Notes under the pieces: model-generated
What the model was told of the DNA's origin: nothing
Seen by the model: only the letters and a program-made list of their open reading frames with translations
Databases searched by the model: none
Position numbers and translations under genes: made by a program
Origin: a virus
Taxonomy: Duplodnaviria; Caudoviricetes
Length of the DNA stretch: 64,000 nucleotides
IMG/VR virus record: IMGVR_UViG_3300013105_000022
Span: 1 to 64,000 of that record
Direction: 5' to 3' (one strand)
Shown here: positions 35,601 to 48,400 of the stretch, piece after piece
How positions within the stretch are numbered: the first letter of the stretch is position 1
Layout: each line of letters starts with the position of its first letter

Positions 35601-38600
35601 GTAGAGTGGTTTAGCTACAGCGAAGACCGCTGGATCATGAAGGACGACTACAGGAGCGCATGGAATGCGAAGGGCTGGGCACGCTACTGGGAGGACATCA
35701 GCCCCGAAGTCGCGTGGAGAGTAGTGGATACGAGAGGATAGGACACATGACGTATGACAGAGAAGCCCTGACGAAGGTGATCGCTGACAACCAGTACTGG
35801 ACTAGGCGCATGTCAGACGGGTACCTGAGCACCGGGCAGAACGACCCCGAGGACATCGCGGATGCCGTGATCGCCTACCTGGAGTCTACGGGTGCACTTG
35901 CCAAGGCCTGGAGTGAGGGCTACGACGAAGCTATGGACGACATCGGGGCTGACGACGTGAACGATGGATTCGGCACGAGTACGAACCCCTACAGGAGGAC
36001 AGAATGACTCTCCCATCTGAGCAGTACTATGACCCTACCAATAGAGGGCTGAAGGCTGAAGAGTACGTACGGGAAATCTATGTGAACTACGAGAATGCCG
36101 GTGACCTGGATGGCTTTAGCGGATACTACGCCGGAGCCGACTTCGACGCATGGCTGAAGGCCGTACGTGCACAGGCATGGGACGAGGGCAGGGAAGCTGA
36201 GGCAGAAGCGCAATTCCAGGATGCCGGATACGGGAACGTACAGCACCCGGAGAACCCCTACAGGAAGCCCCTTGGATAGGCGCACGTAAGCGCGTATACA
36301 TAGACCATGACAGAGCCAACACCAACCGAGGCAGAGAATGCCGATCCCGCGTTCACCGTAGGCATGATCCGTCTTGCCGCAAGCACCTACAACATCGAGC
36401 CGGTGAAGCATGGCTGAGCCGACCAAGGAGCAGTACGCCTCATTCGGGGAGGCCGTAGCAGGCATCATGGACGGCTACCTCTTCGACACAGCCGACTGGA
36501 CCGAAGAGGACCGCAACAGCACTTTCGTACAGGCCGTAATGCTTGCCGCAAGCGTCTACGGAATCGATCCCAAGGAGCACCCCGATGACTGACATCCCCG
36601 CCAACTTCCCGTCTGCCGCACAGCTTTCCGCGCTGGGCGCATTCACCCTGGGTACTCTCGACGGGTACCTGAAGGACGGAGGCACAGCAGAGGATGTGCT
36701 TGTCAACATGTTCAAGGGTATCGCTCTGACCGGTATCTCCCTGCCCCTGGACGGTGACTGATATGGGCGACGACTTGCAGTATTCGCCGATTGACTACTC
36801 GCCCTTGGAGAAGCGGGTAGAGAGGCGCGACATCTACCCGTGGGGTACGTTCATCATCGACCCCGCAACGGGTCTGCCTCAGCTTGAGGACGGCATGTTC
36901 TTCCGTGTGAAGCGTGTGTTTTTGAGCGGTGGACACTGGAAGGTGAGCTTGCGCAGGCGCGGGGCATTCTGGAGTCACGAGCTTCAATCCCGTACATGGG
37001 GACCGGAGGACGCTATCGATGCGCCCCACATCCTGGATGGTGCCGCATTCGCCCTGACTCACTACTGGGAGGCAGAGGAAGCCCGCAAGGTTGAGAGCAA
37101 CGAGAGCTTGCTGGGTAACTATCCCCCGAAGAGGCTTCCATGAGTGCCCGCGACGACGTACGTACCCTGAGGGACTTCCTGTCTCGCCAGGGGAGCACGG
37201 AGGCCGCATGGAAGGCTCTTGACCGTATCGAAGAGGCTTTGCCTAAGCCCGCCTACGAAACGGGTTACTACCAGCTTTCCGTATCCGGGCTGTACTGGTA
37301 TGAAGGCAGTACAGATGTCTGGTACGACGTGACGCAGGGATACAAGACTACAACCTACCCCAGAACGGTGAACACGGGCGAGCTTGTGCGCCTGTACCGT
37401 GCAGACGAAGTGAGCGCACTGGCATGAGCCTGAGAGAAGACGCACGTACTGTGCGTTACCACATCGAGGACGACCTGAGCACTGAAAGGGCGCGGGAGGC
37501 TCTGAAAGCCTTCGAGCGCATCGAAGCGACCTTGCCTAAGCCCATGACTATGCAGGAGCAGTTCGAGGAGTACCCCATCGGTACCGTCTTCGAGCTTCAC
37601 GACCTGGGAATGCAGTTCGTGAAGGTAGCAGATCGCGCTCTGGTGCGTTCCACCCTCAACGGCAATGGCAAGCTCATCACGGAGTACTACTCCAACCTGT
37701 TCACCGAGAACGTTTACGAGCACTGGAAATGGATGGACACAGTGGGAATGAGGATCGTCAATGAAAAGCCGTGAAGAAGTATTCGCCAAGAGCGCGCAGT
37801 TGTACCCGGACTTCGGTAGCTCGGAGCACCACGGAAGGTCTCTGGGCTTCGAGGAGGGCGCTTTCTGGATCGGTAAGCAGGAGAGCGTACCCACGAGGAA
37901 CGACGTTGTTGCCGAGGCGGAACGCCGCTACGAAATCGAAGAGGGCGACGGGGCATCTGCCATCGTAGCCGTGTGGAGGCGTAGTGGCTTTGTGCTGGGC
38001 GCATCGTGGGCCGTGGACGGGATGCTGGACTGATGACTGTGAGCTTCGACAACGAAGGACTGCCGGTACTCCCTGAGGGGTACTTTTGGCGCATCACTGA
38101 CGTAAGGATGGGATTCTGGGAAGTGCAGTTGCGTAAGCGCATGCTTATCGGATCGCGCACCGTGGAGAGAGCAGTTCACGATAGCTGGGAACCCATCACA
38201 CGCTCCAGTGTCCAGGAGGGCGCTCTGTACGCCTACACCAACTGGGTAGACCCTACCTACTATGATCGGATTGAGGCACAGGTGTTCGGCACCACAGACA
38301 GAAGCCTGATTGGAGACCGATGAGCAGTGACATGAAGGACGCCCGCTGGGGTCTTGCCTTGAGCTTCGCTGAGCGTGAGGGTAAGGAATTCACGGACTAC
38401 AGCTACGCCGAGTTCGAGCGCTTGCTTGACCGGGCGCAGGATGTGCTCAACGATCACCCCGAGTACGTCGCTCACTGGGCAGGCGTATTCAGAACGGTCG
38501 AGCCGTGAGAGCTAAGTACGCACATGCCATTCGCTACGGCATCATGAAAGGTCGCCAGACGCGATACGGTGACGTAGACGATCCCTACTACAAGCTCCGC

Positions 38601-38849
38601 TCAGACATCATCTGGGGCTGGAGTGAGTATGACCTTAGAGAGCTTGCCCTGAAGGCCTTCGAGCACACCTGGCAGACAGAGACCGCTACACGCATGCAGG
38701 ACTACTCTGAGGAGGAGCGTGCAGAGGCACAGCGTATCTTTGAGCGCCGGTGGCAGATTCACACCGAGAGTCGTGAGGAGCGTCAGGTGCGTCTCCTCCG
38801 CGAAGAGGTACAAGACCTCAAGGAACGATTGCTGAAGATCGAGCAGTAA
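32618..38849 (+). other. Operon of ~25 small coupled hypothetical genes
   Basis: ATGA/GTGA overlaps, GGAGG SDs; ends at a bidirectional terminator. Confidence 0.8.
34309..34461 (+). CDS. AbrB/MazE-like small DNA-binding protein
   Basis: VRPDAQGRVSL..FGVQPGQTFSMYVEQNGRIHLTP. Confidence 0.65.
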   Translation: MASNIVRPDAQGRVSLARFGVQPGQTFSMYVEQNGRIHLTPVPEDWKEED

Positions 38850-38851
38850 AC

Positions 38852-38887
38852 AAAACCCCCTAGCCTATCTCAAGCTAGGGGGTTTTG
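38852..38887. terminator. Bidirectional terminator (a second at ~38991-39026)
   Basis: AAAACCCCCTAGC..GCTAGGGGGTTTT between convergent genes. Confidence 0.85.
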
Positions 38888-39040
38888 TTGTGCCCTGGTA
38901 GGCTCTACACGGTGGCTAGGAGCGACTATAAGAGCGTTTCGGGTACCCGCGTACGTCGCGAGCGTTCCAGGCCCTTACAGGGGCGCACACAGAAATCCCC
39001 CTCCGATGTTCTGGAGGGGGATTCTTGCATGTATGGGGAG

Positions 39041-40328
39041 CTAGAGCACCCACAACCATTGAATCAGGGAGATGAACCACACGATGATCGTGAGCATGAG
39101 GAACATGATCCAGTAGACGATCATTCCCCAGATGAAGGCGAACCCCGTCCAGTCTCCGTCCTCAGTACCCCACACGAGAAACGTGAAGATACCCAGAGCG
39201 ATCATGCCGATGATGCTGATGACCACCCACTGCCCGAATGAGTACTGCCCGAAGAAATCGACAGCGACAAGCATCAGAACAGGATTTGCAGGGCGAAGGT
39301 TCCGGCGATGACGGAAGCGATGAATGCCAGGATCGCGGCAATGGGACTCTCCCTGAAGAGACCTCCAGCCAGAAGTGCGAGGCCGAGCCAGACGATGACG
39401 AGAAGGATGCCGAGGAAGATCACTGGAGCACCCCCGCATCTTCCAGGAGGAACGAGCCGAAGTTCATCACTCCGACGAAGACGACGAAGAGCGCGACGAT
39501 GGACACCCACAGGGCGGTCCACTTGCGACCCTCAGCGAATGCCGCTCCTGCCAAGAAGGCATCAACGAGCGCCAGGATGGGCAGAAAGATTCCAAAGAAA
39601 AGGTTCATGATGTATGTATACGCCTCTCAGGCCTTAATGATAAGAATGATTCCACTGGACAGTGCCAGGGAGAAACCGCCGATGAAGAGTCCTCCCAGGA
39701 TGCACACCCCGGCGAACCACCACCACTTCCCCGGAACGTCAGACAGGGGAAGAGTCGAAGCGATCTGGAGACAGCCGTACCAGGCCACGAGGGCAAGGAA
39801 CGCGAGAAAGACCAGGCCACCGCCTGCAAGAATCTCCCAGATCATGATGTGAATGTGAAGTAGAGGCCAAGCGCGAAGAACATCACTCCGCAGAAGCCCA
39901 TTGCCGGGGAGTCGTTGAGGATTCCTGTCACGCCGATGAAGACGCCACAGAAGATGATGAAGAGTCCGCAAAGCAGAACGATGGACATAGTTATTTCCTT
40001 TCGATGACCCGCAGGACGATGCCTGTCAGGAAGATGAGCAGGCCCGCGCCCGCCATGACGATGGTGGCCCAGGGGCCTTGCTTTTCGATCTGCGTAGCCG
40101 CGACTCCGGCCATCACCAGGAGCCACACCCCCGCGATCACGAGTCCAGTTGGCATCAGATGTCCATAGCGGAGGCGCGACGTTCGCCCTCACACATCCAG
40201 TAGTTTGAGTGATCGTCGTAGATTTCCTCCGCGAACGGGTCAGGACCGAAGGTCTCAACTCCGTCACAGAGGTCCCCCTTGACGTTGCCCTCAAAGGTGG
40301 GGCACTCTCCGGGCTTGTGGTTGGTCAT
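39041..40328 (-). other. Cluster of ~6 tiny 2-TM membrane proteins (e.g. 39420-39608, 39627-39845) plus one soluble gene
   Basis: Consecutive hydrophobic 45-75 aa ORFs. Confidence 0.7.
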
Positions 40329-40339
40329 GTTCTTTCCTT

Positions 40340-40627
40340 TCAGATAGGGGTTACTGTCCAGCAGTCTTCAAGATTGGCCCCGCAGTGGCAGAGGGTGTTT
40401 TTGGATGTAATGAGGTCCAGGTTCCAGTTGTAGGAGTTCTGGCAGATGAGGAAGTCCTTACCGTTGCAGGCTACACGCTTTCGAGCGACAACGGTGTGTG
40501 TACACGTCGGTGACGTATCCGGCCCGTGCGAAGCCTGACAGTGAATGTCATCCGCGAACATCCACAACTCCATGATGAGGATGTCGAGTGCCTTGTTGTA
40601 CTCAGTCACAGTGTCTTCCATAGCCAT
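40340..40627 (-). CDS. Cys-rich Zn-binding protein (paralog of 19976-20233)
   Basis: C..H..C.H...C..F.IC..C.C..CW...PI. Confidence 0.7.
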   Translation of the reverse strand: MAMEDTVTEYNKALDILIMELWMFADDIHCQASHGPDTSPTCTHTVVARKRVACNGKDFLICQNSYNWNLDLITSKNTLCHCGANLEDCWTVTPI

Positions 40628-40632
40628 GCCTT

Positions 40633-40848
40633 TCAGTCGAGGGGCCAGTCGTACCCAGCGCGGCGTACATCACCACGAAGGTTCTTCATGCCCCGCGAGT
40701 CCGAGACGGACAGGTGCATGGTGAGAATCTTGGTGCCGTTGGCTGGGAACAGCCGGTATCCCTCACCCGTACGCTTGATAGTGAATCCCTGATCCTCAAG
40801 ACCGTTGAGGAGTCGGGACAAGTCCTTGTTGCTTAGTGTCTTTGCCAT
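40633..40848 (-). CDS. HicA-like protein
   Basis: LEDQGFTIKRT..YRLF...ILTMH.S.SD.RG.KNLR..VRRAG; own leaderless promoter. Confidence 0.6.
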   Translation of the reverse strand: MAKTLSNKDLSRLLNGLEDQGFTIKRTGEGYRLFPANGTKILTMHLSVSDSRGMKNLRGDVRRAGYDWPLD

Positions 40849-42860
40849 GTCTCAACCATAGAGGCACGTGTGCGTCTATGTCAAGCCCTCTTGCAAAGTT
40901 TTTTCTTACGTGCTACCTTGGGCGTATGAATGAATTGGAGAAGCGTGCAGAGGCGGAAGCCGAACGCCGCTGGCCTAGCCCTAACACCGCCTTCTACGAC
41001 GGACTGCGTATCGGATTCAAGCTCGGGTACATGGCACGTGTCGCAGACCAAATTCTGGAACTGGAGGACTGACGTGGAACCTGAGAAGAGACGAAGCGCA
41101 GTACCAGGATGTCTGACCCTCATCGCGCTCTACCTGTTCAGTCAGTACATTCTCATCACACTGATCGCACACTACTTCGGAGGTAACTGACATGGACCCC
41201 GTAATCACATCCGGTGTTGGAGTAGGCCTCATCGTAGGCTTCCTCATCGGAATGCTCGTATCCAACCTCATCTGGCAACGCTGGCAGAAGCGTGAGGAAG
41301 AGATTCGTGTCGAAGTGACCAAGAAGATCGACAAGTGGAAAGAAGACCAGGCGGCAGGGAAGCCCTGGACTCCACACCCCAAAGACGACCCTGCCATCTC
41401 AGAAAGGCATTGGTAATGGACCCAGTAGTAGCAGTACTCAGTACGGCAGGAGTTATCCTGCTCATCATCACCGGCGTGGCCGTCACCTTGGCGAACCTCG
41501 CAGTGCGTAAGGACAAGGACTAATGGAAGCAACCGAAGAATTCAAGGAGGGCGACAAGGTTCGCCTGATCGGAGAAGGATGGGGTGCAGACCTCATCGGA
41601 GAAGAGGACGAGCGCGGCAAGATCGCGACCGTTACAAAGGTGGTAGAGGGATTCGTCTTCTACCGCGTCGAAGGGTACGTGGGCGATTTCGTCATGTGCC
41701 GTGGATGGGAAGTGGAGAAGGTATGAAGAACCTGACAGTAGACGACTACCGCAGACTGTTCACTCGTGATGCCCTGGAGCAGTTGATCCACATGGGAGAG
41801 AGGGAAGTGTACGACCCTGAGGTACGTCGCGAGGTCGTCAAGATCAAGGAAGCCCTCAAGGAGCCAGAATGACGTACGCACCACTGGAAGCCGCCGCACG
41901 TTTCTTCGGAAAGCGCCCGTGGTGGCTGGAGAACATGGTCAACGCCATCGTTCGTGCTGAGCTTCTTCGCCTCGCGGACGTGTGTGAGGATAGCGCATCG
42001 TGGTCGGAGAACAACTTCATTTCCGGACCCAACTCCGAGTACGCCATCCGGCGTGACCGTGACACTGCTGAATGGCTGAGAGAGGTCGCATATGAGTGAC
42101 GACATGCAGGTACTCCCCTGCGGGTGCAGGATGTACAACGTAGGTGACGCCTTCGTTTATGAAACCCATGCCCTTGACTGTGAGTTCTACCTGTACTTCT
42201 TGGAGCAGTCTGAGAAGCTGGGAAAACCACCGACATTTCTGGAGATTTAATGAGTGACATCAGTGATTGGGAGAGCGAGGGTGGTGCGTGCTACAACCGG
42301 AGCTACGAAGACCTCACTCTCGCTCAGAAGGTGGGAATCCTCTACCGGCTTGCATACGCGACGTACCCGCAAATCTCCTACAGTGAGATGGACGGTGGCA
42401 TTTTCTGGAAATCCTTGACACAGCACAAGGAGGGGGATACCATCGAACACGAGGGTAAAACCTACCGCGTCATCTACGACGGGTGGGCATGGATGAACTA
42501 TGGCCCCACCATCATCTACGGATCGGAACTTGAGGAAGTGAAATGACCGAACACGGCATCGAAGTACCCAGCATCATCGGAACGACACGCCTGGGACCTA
42601 TCGGCATCGAAGAGCTTGACCAGCTTCTGGAGCAGGCCTACCTCAAGGGCTTCAGTGATGGAGCCGATCAGGGTTTCGCTGACGCCCACGACTGCATTCC
42701 TAAGGAGTATGGGTGGGCGGGGGACGCACAGGCGAACACCTTCTACGATACCCTCGAAGAGGCCGAAGAGTACATGGGAGAGCCGAAGCTGTTCCAGCGT
42801 CGTTCTGCCGGTCCCTGGGAGCAGTTTGACAATTCCTCAGAGGGTGTGTAACCTGAAGCC

Positions 42861-43616
42861 ATGATTACTTTCAAGGAGACCAAGGCACTCAAGGATTACG
42901 ACTCCGTGAGTCTCGCTTCCATGCTTCGGGAGCACTTCAGGGAGAGCTACCCGTACCGCACCGTTGAGCGTCTGGAAGACGCCATTCAGGTGGCGAGCTA
43001 CCTCCACCGCTACGACGTGCGTCGTGGTAACCGTGGCAAGCTCCCGAACCCTCCCTACATCGAGCACCCGCTCCGTGTGGCTCTGCGTCTGGTGCGCTTC
43101 GGTGTCAGGAACCCGGACCTCATCATCGCGGCCATTCTGCACGACACGGTGGAGGATCACCCGTTCGAGTTCGCAGACTTCGAGGGTGTCTACGGATGCT
43201 CCAACGAGGTCAACGCTCGCTCGCGCGCCCACCAGTTCGTGTCTACGCACTTCGGGTTCTCCACGGCTCGTATCGTGGCAGAGGTCTCCAACCCCCTCCT
43301 CAAGGAGGGCATCACCAAGGCTGAGAAGATCGCGAAGTACCAGGCTCACGTGATCGCGGTGGTCAATCACTCCTACGAGGCTCTTCTGCTCAAGGTGAGC
43401 GACTTCATCGACAACGCGGGTAGCCTGCACCACCACTACGAGTACACCGACAAGGGTGCTGAGTACTTCGTGGATCGCTACGCTCCTCTGCTTCCGATCT
43501 ACATGGAGGCCGTGACGAACTCCTTCGACATCTCAGATTCCGTGAAGGATGACATCAGGGGCCGTCTGGAGCAGGTAGGAGAGCAGTTCGAACGCTTCCA
43601 GGGGGTTCGCAAGTGA
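42861..43616 (+). CDS. HD-domain (p)ppGpp hydrolase-like protein (small alarmone hydrolase)
   Basis: PYIEHPLRVA, AAILHDTVED, LKVSDFIDN. Confidence 0.82.
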   Translation: MITFKETKALKDYDSVSLASMLREHFRESYPYRTVERLEDAIQVASYLHRYDVRRGNRGKLPNPPYIEHPLRVALRLVRFGVRNPDLIIAAILHDTVEDHPFEFADFEGVYGCSNEVNARSRAHQFVSTHFGFSTARIVAEVSNPLLKEGITKAEKIAKYQAHVIAVVNHSYEALLLKVSDFIDNAGSLHHHYEYTDKGAEYFVDRYAPLLPIYMEAVTNSFDISDSVKDDIRGRLEQVGEQFERFQGVRK

Positions 43617-44964
43617 GCCTCGCAGATCAGGGACATCGAGGACTCGACCCCAACAAGACCGTCTATCAGAGGCTCAACCTGGCCCTGAAGGAAGTGATGG
43701 ACGATAAGGAAGCAGATCGGCTGACCACGGAACTGTTCCCCTACGTCATCGCAGAGAGGAAGGACGCATCATGACAGACATCACGACCCTTAAGATGGGC
43801 GACCGTGTACTCCTGACCGGACCCGCATGGGCAGAGATTGCAGAAATCTCACCCATCGAGTTCGCCGGTATCCCCCAGGCTGGGGAAGAGTACCTGATCG
43901 AGTTCCGTTCCGTGATGGGTCCTGGATTCTGGGCCTACGGAAGTCCGTGGGCTGTCAACGACTACTACACCGCAGACAAGGTAGACAACTCACTGACCGC
44001 CGAAGCCGCAATCGAGAAGATCAAGGAACTCCTCGATACTCCTAGTGATGAGAGAGGAATCACATACTGGGAGTGGATTGACGACGGATTGGGCGGTGAC
44101 CTTGGAGACCTCCTTCGGGGCATTCTCGACAGAGTGGAGAATAGTTGACTGACATGGACAGGTGGATCGCTGAGATTCACGAAACAGCGCTCAAGAAGCG
44201 CAACAGCGCCCTGCCGCTGAACCGAAGGGTGCGTACCGGTGTGCCCATCCGCAACAACGTAGTACCGCCTCTGACGAAGTTCACCAGGGGCGTCCCCATC
44301 GTAATCGGAGTATTGGAGATTAAGCTGTGAGTGCAGAACTGGTAGACACAATCGAAATCGTCGTGAAGGTGAACATCCTTCGCTATGAGGGCGACCAAGG
44401 CCCCATGTACGACTGGCGTGCTTCCAACGGAGACGAGCCGGACGAGTGGTTCGAAACCGCTGAAGAGGCAATGGCAGACGCGAGGAATCGCTACTGACTT
44501 GACAAGTCGTAGGTATGCGCCTATTATCGAGATATGAACCTCACTGAAGCTCGACACGCTGGCCTTCCGGTTCGTCCCTGTAGGACAGAGGCGGGCCTTC
44601 ACAAGGCGCATACTTACGACCGTAAGATCAAGGCACCTGGAATCCAGGCGTCATACAGGGCCTGGTGCCCCGGAAGGAGTCACTGATGCCACGCTGTGAG
44701 CACGGGTACGACCACCACAATGGTCCCCACGCATGCGACAAGGATCAGCACCTGAACCAGTGCCCATACCGGTTCCCCGAGGGCTATCAGGCTAATTCCC
44801 GTGTGCGTACAGAGCGCATGGATCACAACCACATCTTCCAGGCAGAGACGGTCAACGGCAACTGGGACTGCCCCGCGTGCCGCACCATCGACCCGCTTCG
44901 CATGCGCTGGGAGTACGCAAACCACTACCACCGTATGGCACTGAGTGCAAGAGGATGGCTGTAA

Positions 44965-45471
44965 ATGGAATGGCTCGTCGCGGGGTTCTTCGGCCTGCTC
45001 TTCGTCGCAACGATCTTCTCCCAGATCATGGAGAGGGTCTTGCGCGAGGAGAACCCCATCCCTGTCAAGATTCATGACGGAGGCCGTCGTCTGGCTGGCT
45101 ACAAGGGCAAGACCGGCGACTGCGTGACGAGAGCTATTGCCATCGTCACGGGTTACCCCTACAAGTCGGTGTATGACATCGTGGACCATGCCGGTAAGGA
45201 GTCCGGCTACAAGAACAATAGTGCCTCCAAGGGTGTCAACGGATACGTCACAGACGCCCTGATGGATGCCTTTGGAGGCACATTCCACTCACTTCCCAAG
45301 GGGACATATCTCAAGGATGGAATGCTTCCCCAGGGCCGTGTCGTCGTGCTTCTGGAGGAGCATGTCCTTGCGGTTATCGACGGAGTGGCCTACGACAATC
45401 ATGAAAACCCGTACAGGCAAGAGATTTTCGGGTACTGGACCTTCCCGAAGGGTAGAAAAAGCGTGCGGTAG
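44965..45471 (+). CDS. Membrane-anchored protein with a possible Cys-His-Asp papain-like core
   Basis: N-terminal TM; GDCVTRAIA..HVLAVIDG..YD. Confidence 0.55.
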   Translation: MEWLVAGFFGLLFVATIFSQIMERVLREENPIPVKIHDGGRRLAGYKGKTGDCVTRAIAIVTGYPYKSVYDIVDHAGKESGYKNNSASKGVNGYVTDALMDAFGGTFHSLPKGTYLKDGMLPQGRVVVLLEEHVLAVIDGVAYDNHENPYRQEIFGYWTFPKGRKSVR

Positions 45472-48400
45472 CACGTATACATGAATCATGGATAACGAAG
45501 ATTTCCAGACCTTCAAAGCTATCGGCGGTGTCCTGGATGGACTCGATGTGAACATTCCGCTTCACGCCATCCCTGAGATTATGGCCGCAGGCGGTGTGGT
45601 CCTCAATGGGCCACTTGGAACCACAGACTACGACCTCGACTACCTTGAAGGAGTGCTGAGAGAACATGAGAACTAATCGAGAGCGCCTGATCGAGTGGGT
45701 AGAGGATATTCAGCGCAACATGCGCGAGGATGACTTCTGGACGGTGACAGCCGGAGAGTGGGCTGATCGCATCATGGAGGACATCAACAAGGGCATCATC
45801 GCTCCCGAGAAGCCTGAGAACAAGTTCGCGGACGCGACATGAAGACTCGGAGAGAGCGCCGTGTCGTAGGTTCCGTCTACCGCCAGAGCCGCAGGTTCTG
45901 GATCAGAGTTCGGAACGACATCGGAAACGAGCGTGTCGATAGTTGGTCGGATACCGGCGACCTCGCACATCTGGGTCCTGAGGTCTCTCGCGAACTCATC
46001 ACTCTGATGCACCACTGGGCTGACAAGATGAAAGAGGCGAGAAGATGAACGAAGAAGAGTACAGAAAGATGGAAACTCGCGCGTTGCGCGCTGAGGGCAA
46101 GCTGGCTGACATCCTGGAGGTCTTGCAGGAGCATGTGAACACCCCTCTGAATGAGAAGATTCCGGCGATGACACTTCTTCAGATCGGACTCATCGTGAAG
46201 CGAGGAGAACATGGGTAAGAAGAAGTTCAATGTCACCGTCGATGGATACGGCAAGTTCTCTGTTCCGCGCCCCAAGGAGTACAACCAGGAGACTTTCGAT
46301 CAGGGAGTCCTCCATGCGGTGCTCCAGACCCTGAACATGATGGCTGAGGCGAAGACCAAGGAGAAGTTCCACCCGGTTCTCGGTCTGAAAGTTCGCGGCG
46401 ACGATTGATTGACATACGCACTTATTGCACGTATACATGAAGCATGAGTGAGAAACAGATTCCGATGACGCAGAGCGGTTTTTGCGCCTTCGGTCCAGAT
46501 GACTCGCACAAGTACTGTACCAAGGCGGGATGTACCTGCCACTGTCATGGAAAGCCTGAGGAGGCCGGAGACAATGCCGAAGATCAACGATAAGCACACC
46601 CGCACCACCCGCCGCGAGGCCGCAGAGGAGCGTCAGAAGAAGTACGACGCCCTGACGACGGCAGAGAAGATCAAGCTCGTACAGAGCCGCCGTGGCAACA
46701 GCGCCCGTGAGCTTGGCCGTCTCAGTGAGGACATCGCCGGTTACGAACTCGGAGCAGAGTGATGAACGAAGACGACAAGGTTATCTGGCTCGGAGAAGTG
46801 AGCCTCACGCTGGACACCGTTATGCTTGACAATCCCGATCTGGACCAGGCATGGGCAGATCAGGTCATGCATGTCGCTGAGCACGTTGCGGAGGCGGATG
46901 CACAGACCCTTCGTGAGGCTTTCATGATTCTCACAGCACAGCGTGACGATGGTCCCGCTAAGGCACACATGTCCATCGTCGCGGCGGCGGCAATGGTTAT
47001 CACACCCAAGGAGTAATAATGACCGAAAACGCACACCCCGCAGACGACCTCCTTCGCTCGAAGGTTGACGAGGTATTCGAGGCTCGTGATGCCTCTCAGG
47101 CCGTACAGGCTCTGGGCAACATCGCCGGTGGAGTCGAGAACGCTCTTCTCAACCTCGTGTACAACCTCCCTGAGGAGGCAGTTCGTCTGACCCTCTTCAA
47201 GATTCTGAAGGACTCTCACGAAGACGGCGAGGACGAGTTCGTGCTCGACACGATGGAGTTCACGTCCAAGGCCACGCTGATGTTCCAGCCTGACGCCCTG
47301 GATGTCTTCAAGCAGGGATTCCGCGAAGACTTCGACAAGGGTATCGTCCGCTGATGAACTTCGACAAGTCACCCGATGGAGAGTTCGAAGACCCGTTCGT
47401 AGAGGCTTCTTACCAAGCCTGGCGTAACGCGGAAAATGGGGAAGAGGCTTTCAAGACTCTCACCTTCAGCGCCGGAGTAGACCCGGAGCAGGCAGTCAGG
47501 AACATCTGCTTGAACGCCCCCGAGGAGGTAGTTCGCTTCACCCTCACGGGTCTCATGCTCGGGTTCCTTGACGGAGACCGCTCTGATCTGGTCATGGAAA
47601 TCATGAAGGACATGGGCGTACTGGCCCTCGAACTCCAGCAGAGGGGCGAACTGTGAGTGACACCCCGATCTACGATGCTCTTGAGAGGGAGTATCTGAAT
47701 CGTGGGCAACTCAACGTCATGATTGACGTGCTGGAGGATCACCTGGACTCTTTCGAGGCTCCCTACTTCGAACTTATGGACGAGGATATCGAAGAAGTAC
47801 CCGCACTTCTGGCCAACGCGGCTAAGGCAGTGGGCAACCTTCTGATTCCGACTCTCGTGGATCGACAGAGTGAGACCGAAACCGACCGGGAGTTCGCCGC
47901 CTACATCGGGGGGATCATCGATACCCTCCACCTGTTGAGGACTCTTCCACCGCCCGAAAACCTCGACTAAGCTCCAGAGGCCTTGACTCGCTGTGGCACG
48001 TAGTGTATAAATGACGTATGAACGTTAAAATCACTCTGCCTAAGCCGGTCAAGGCCTCTTCTGCACAGTCGCTCGGTCTTCCGAGCACGCTCATGCCCGT
48101 CAAGGACTACGGAATCCACAAACTCCGCTGGCCTTGGGCGAAGAGACAACTCACGCGGCGCATGGAAGCCGCAGAACGAGCTTTGGAGGCTCTTTCATGA
48201 CACTGAACAGCAACGATATTCAAGTCAGGATCGCGGCTAACATCGTAAAGAATCAGCCGAAGCCCATCCCGATCAACGCCGACGAGGCCATGATTATGGC
48301 GCATGCACTCATGCAAGAGTTCTGGATTCAAGAAATGACGGAGAACCCGTATCGTGTCATCTAAGCAGACCCACCAGGAGCGTCTTATCGCTCGGGCTGA

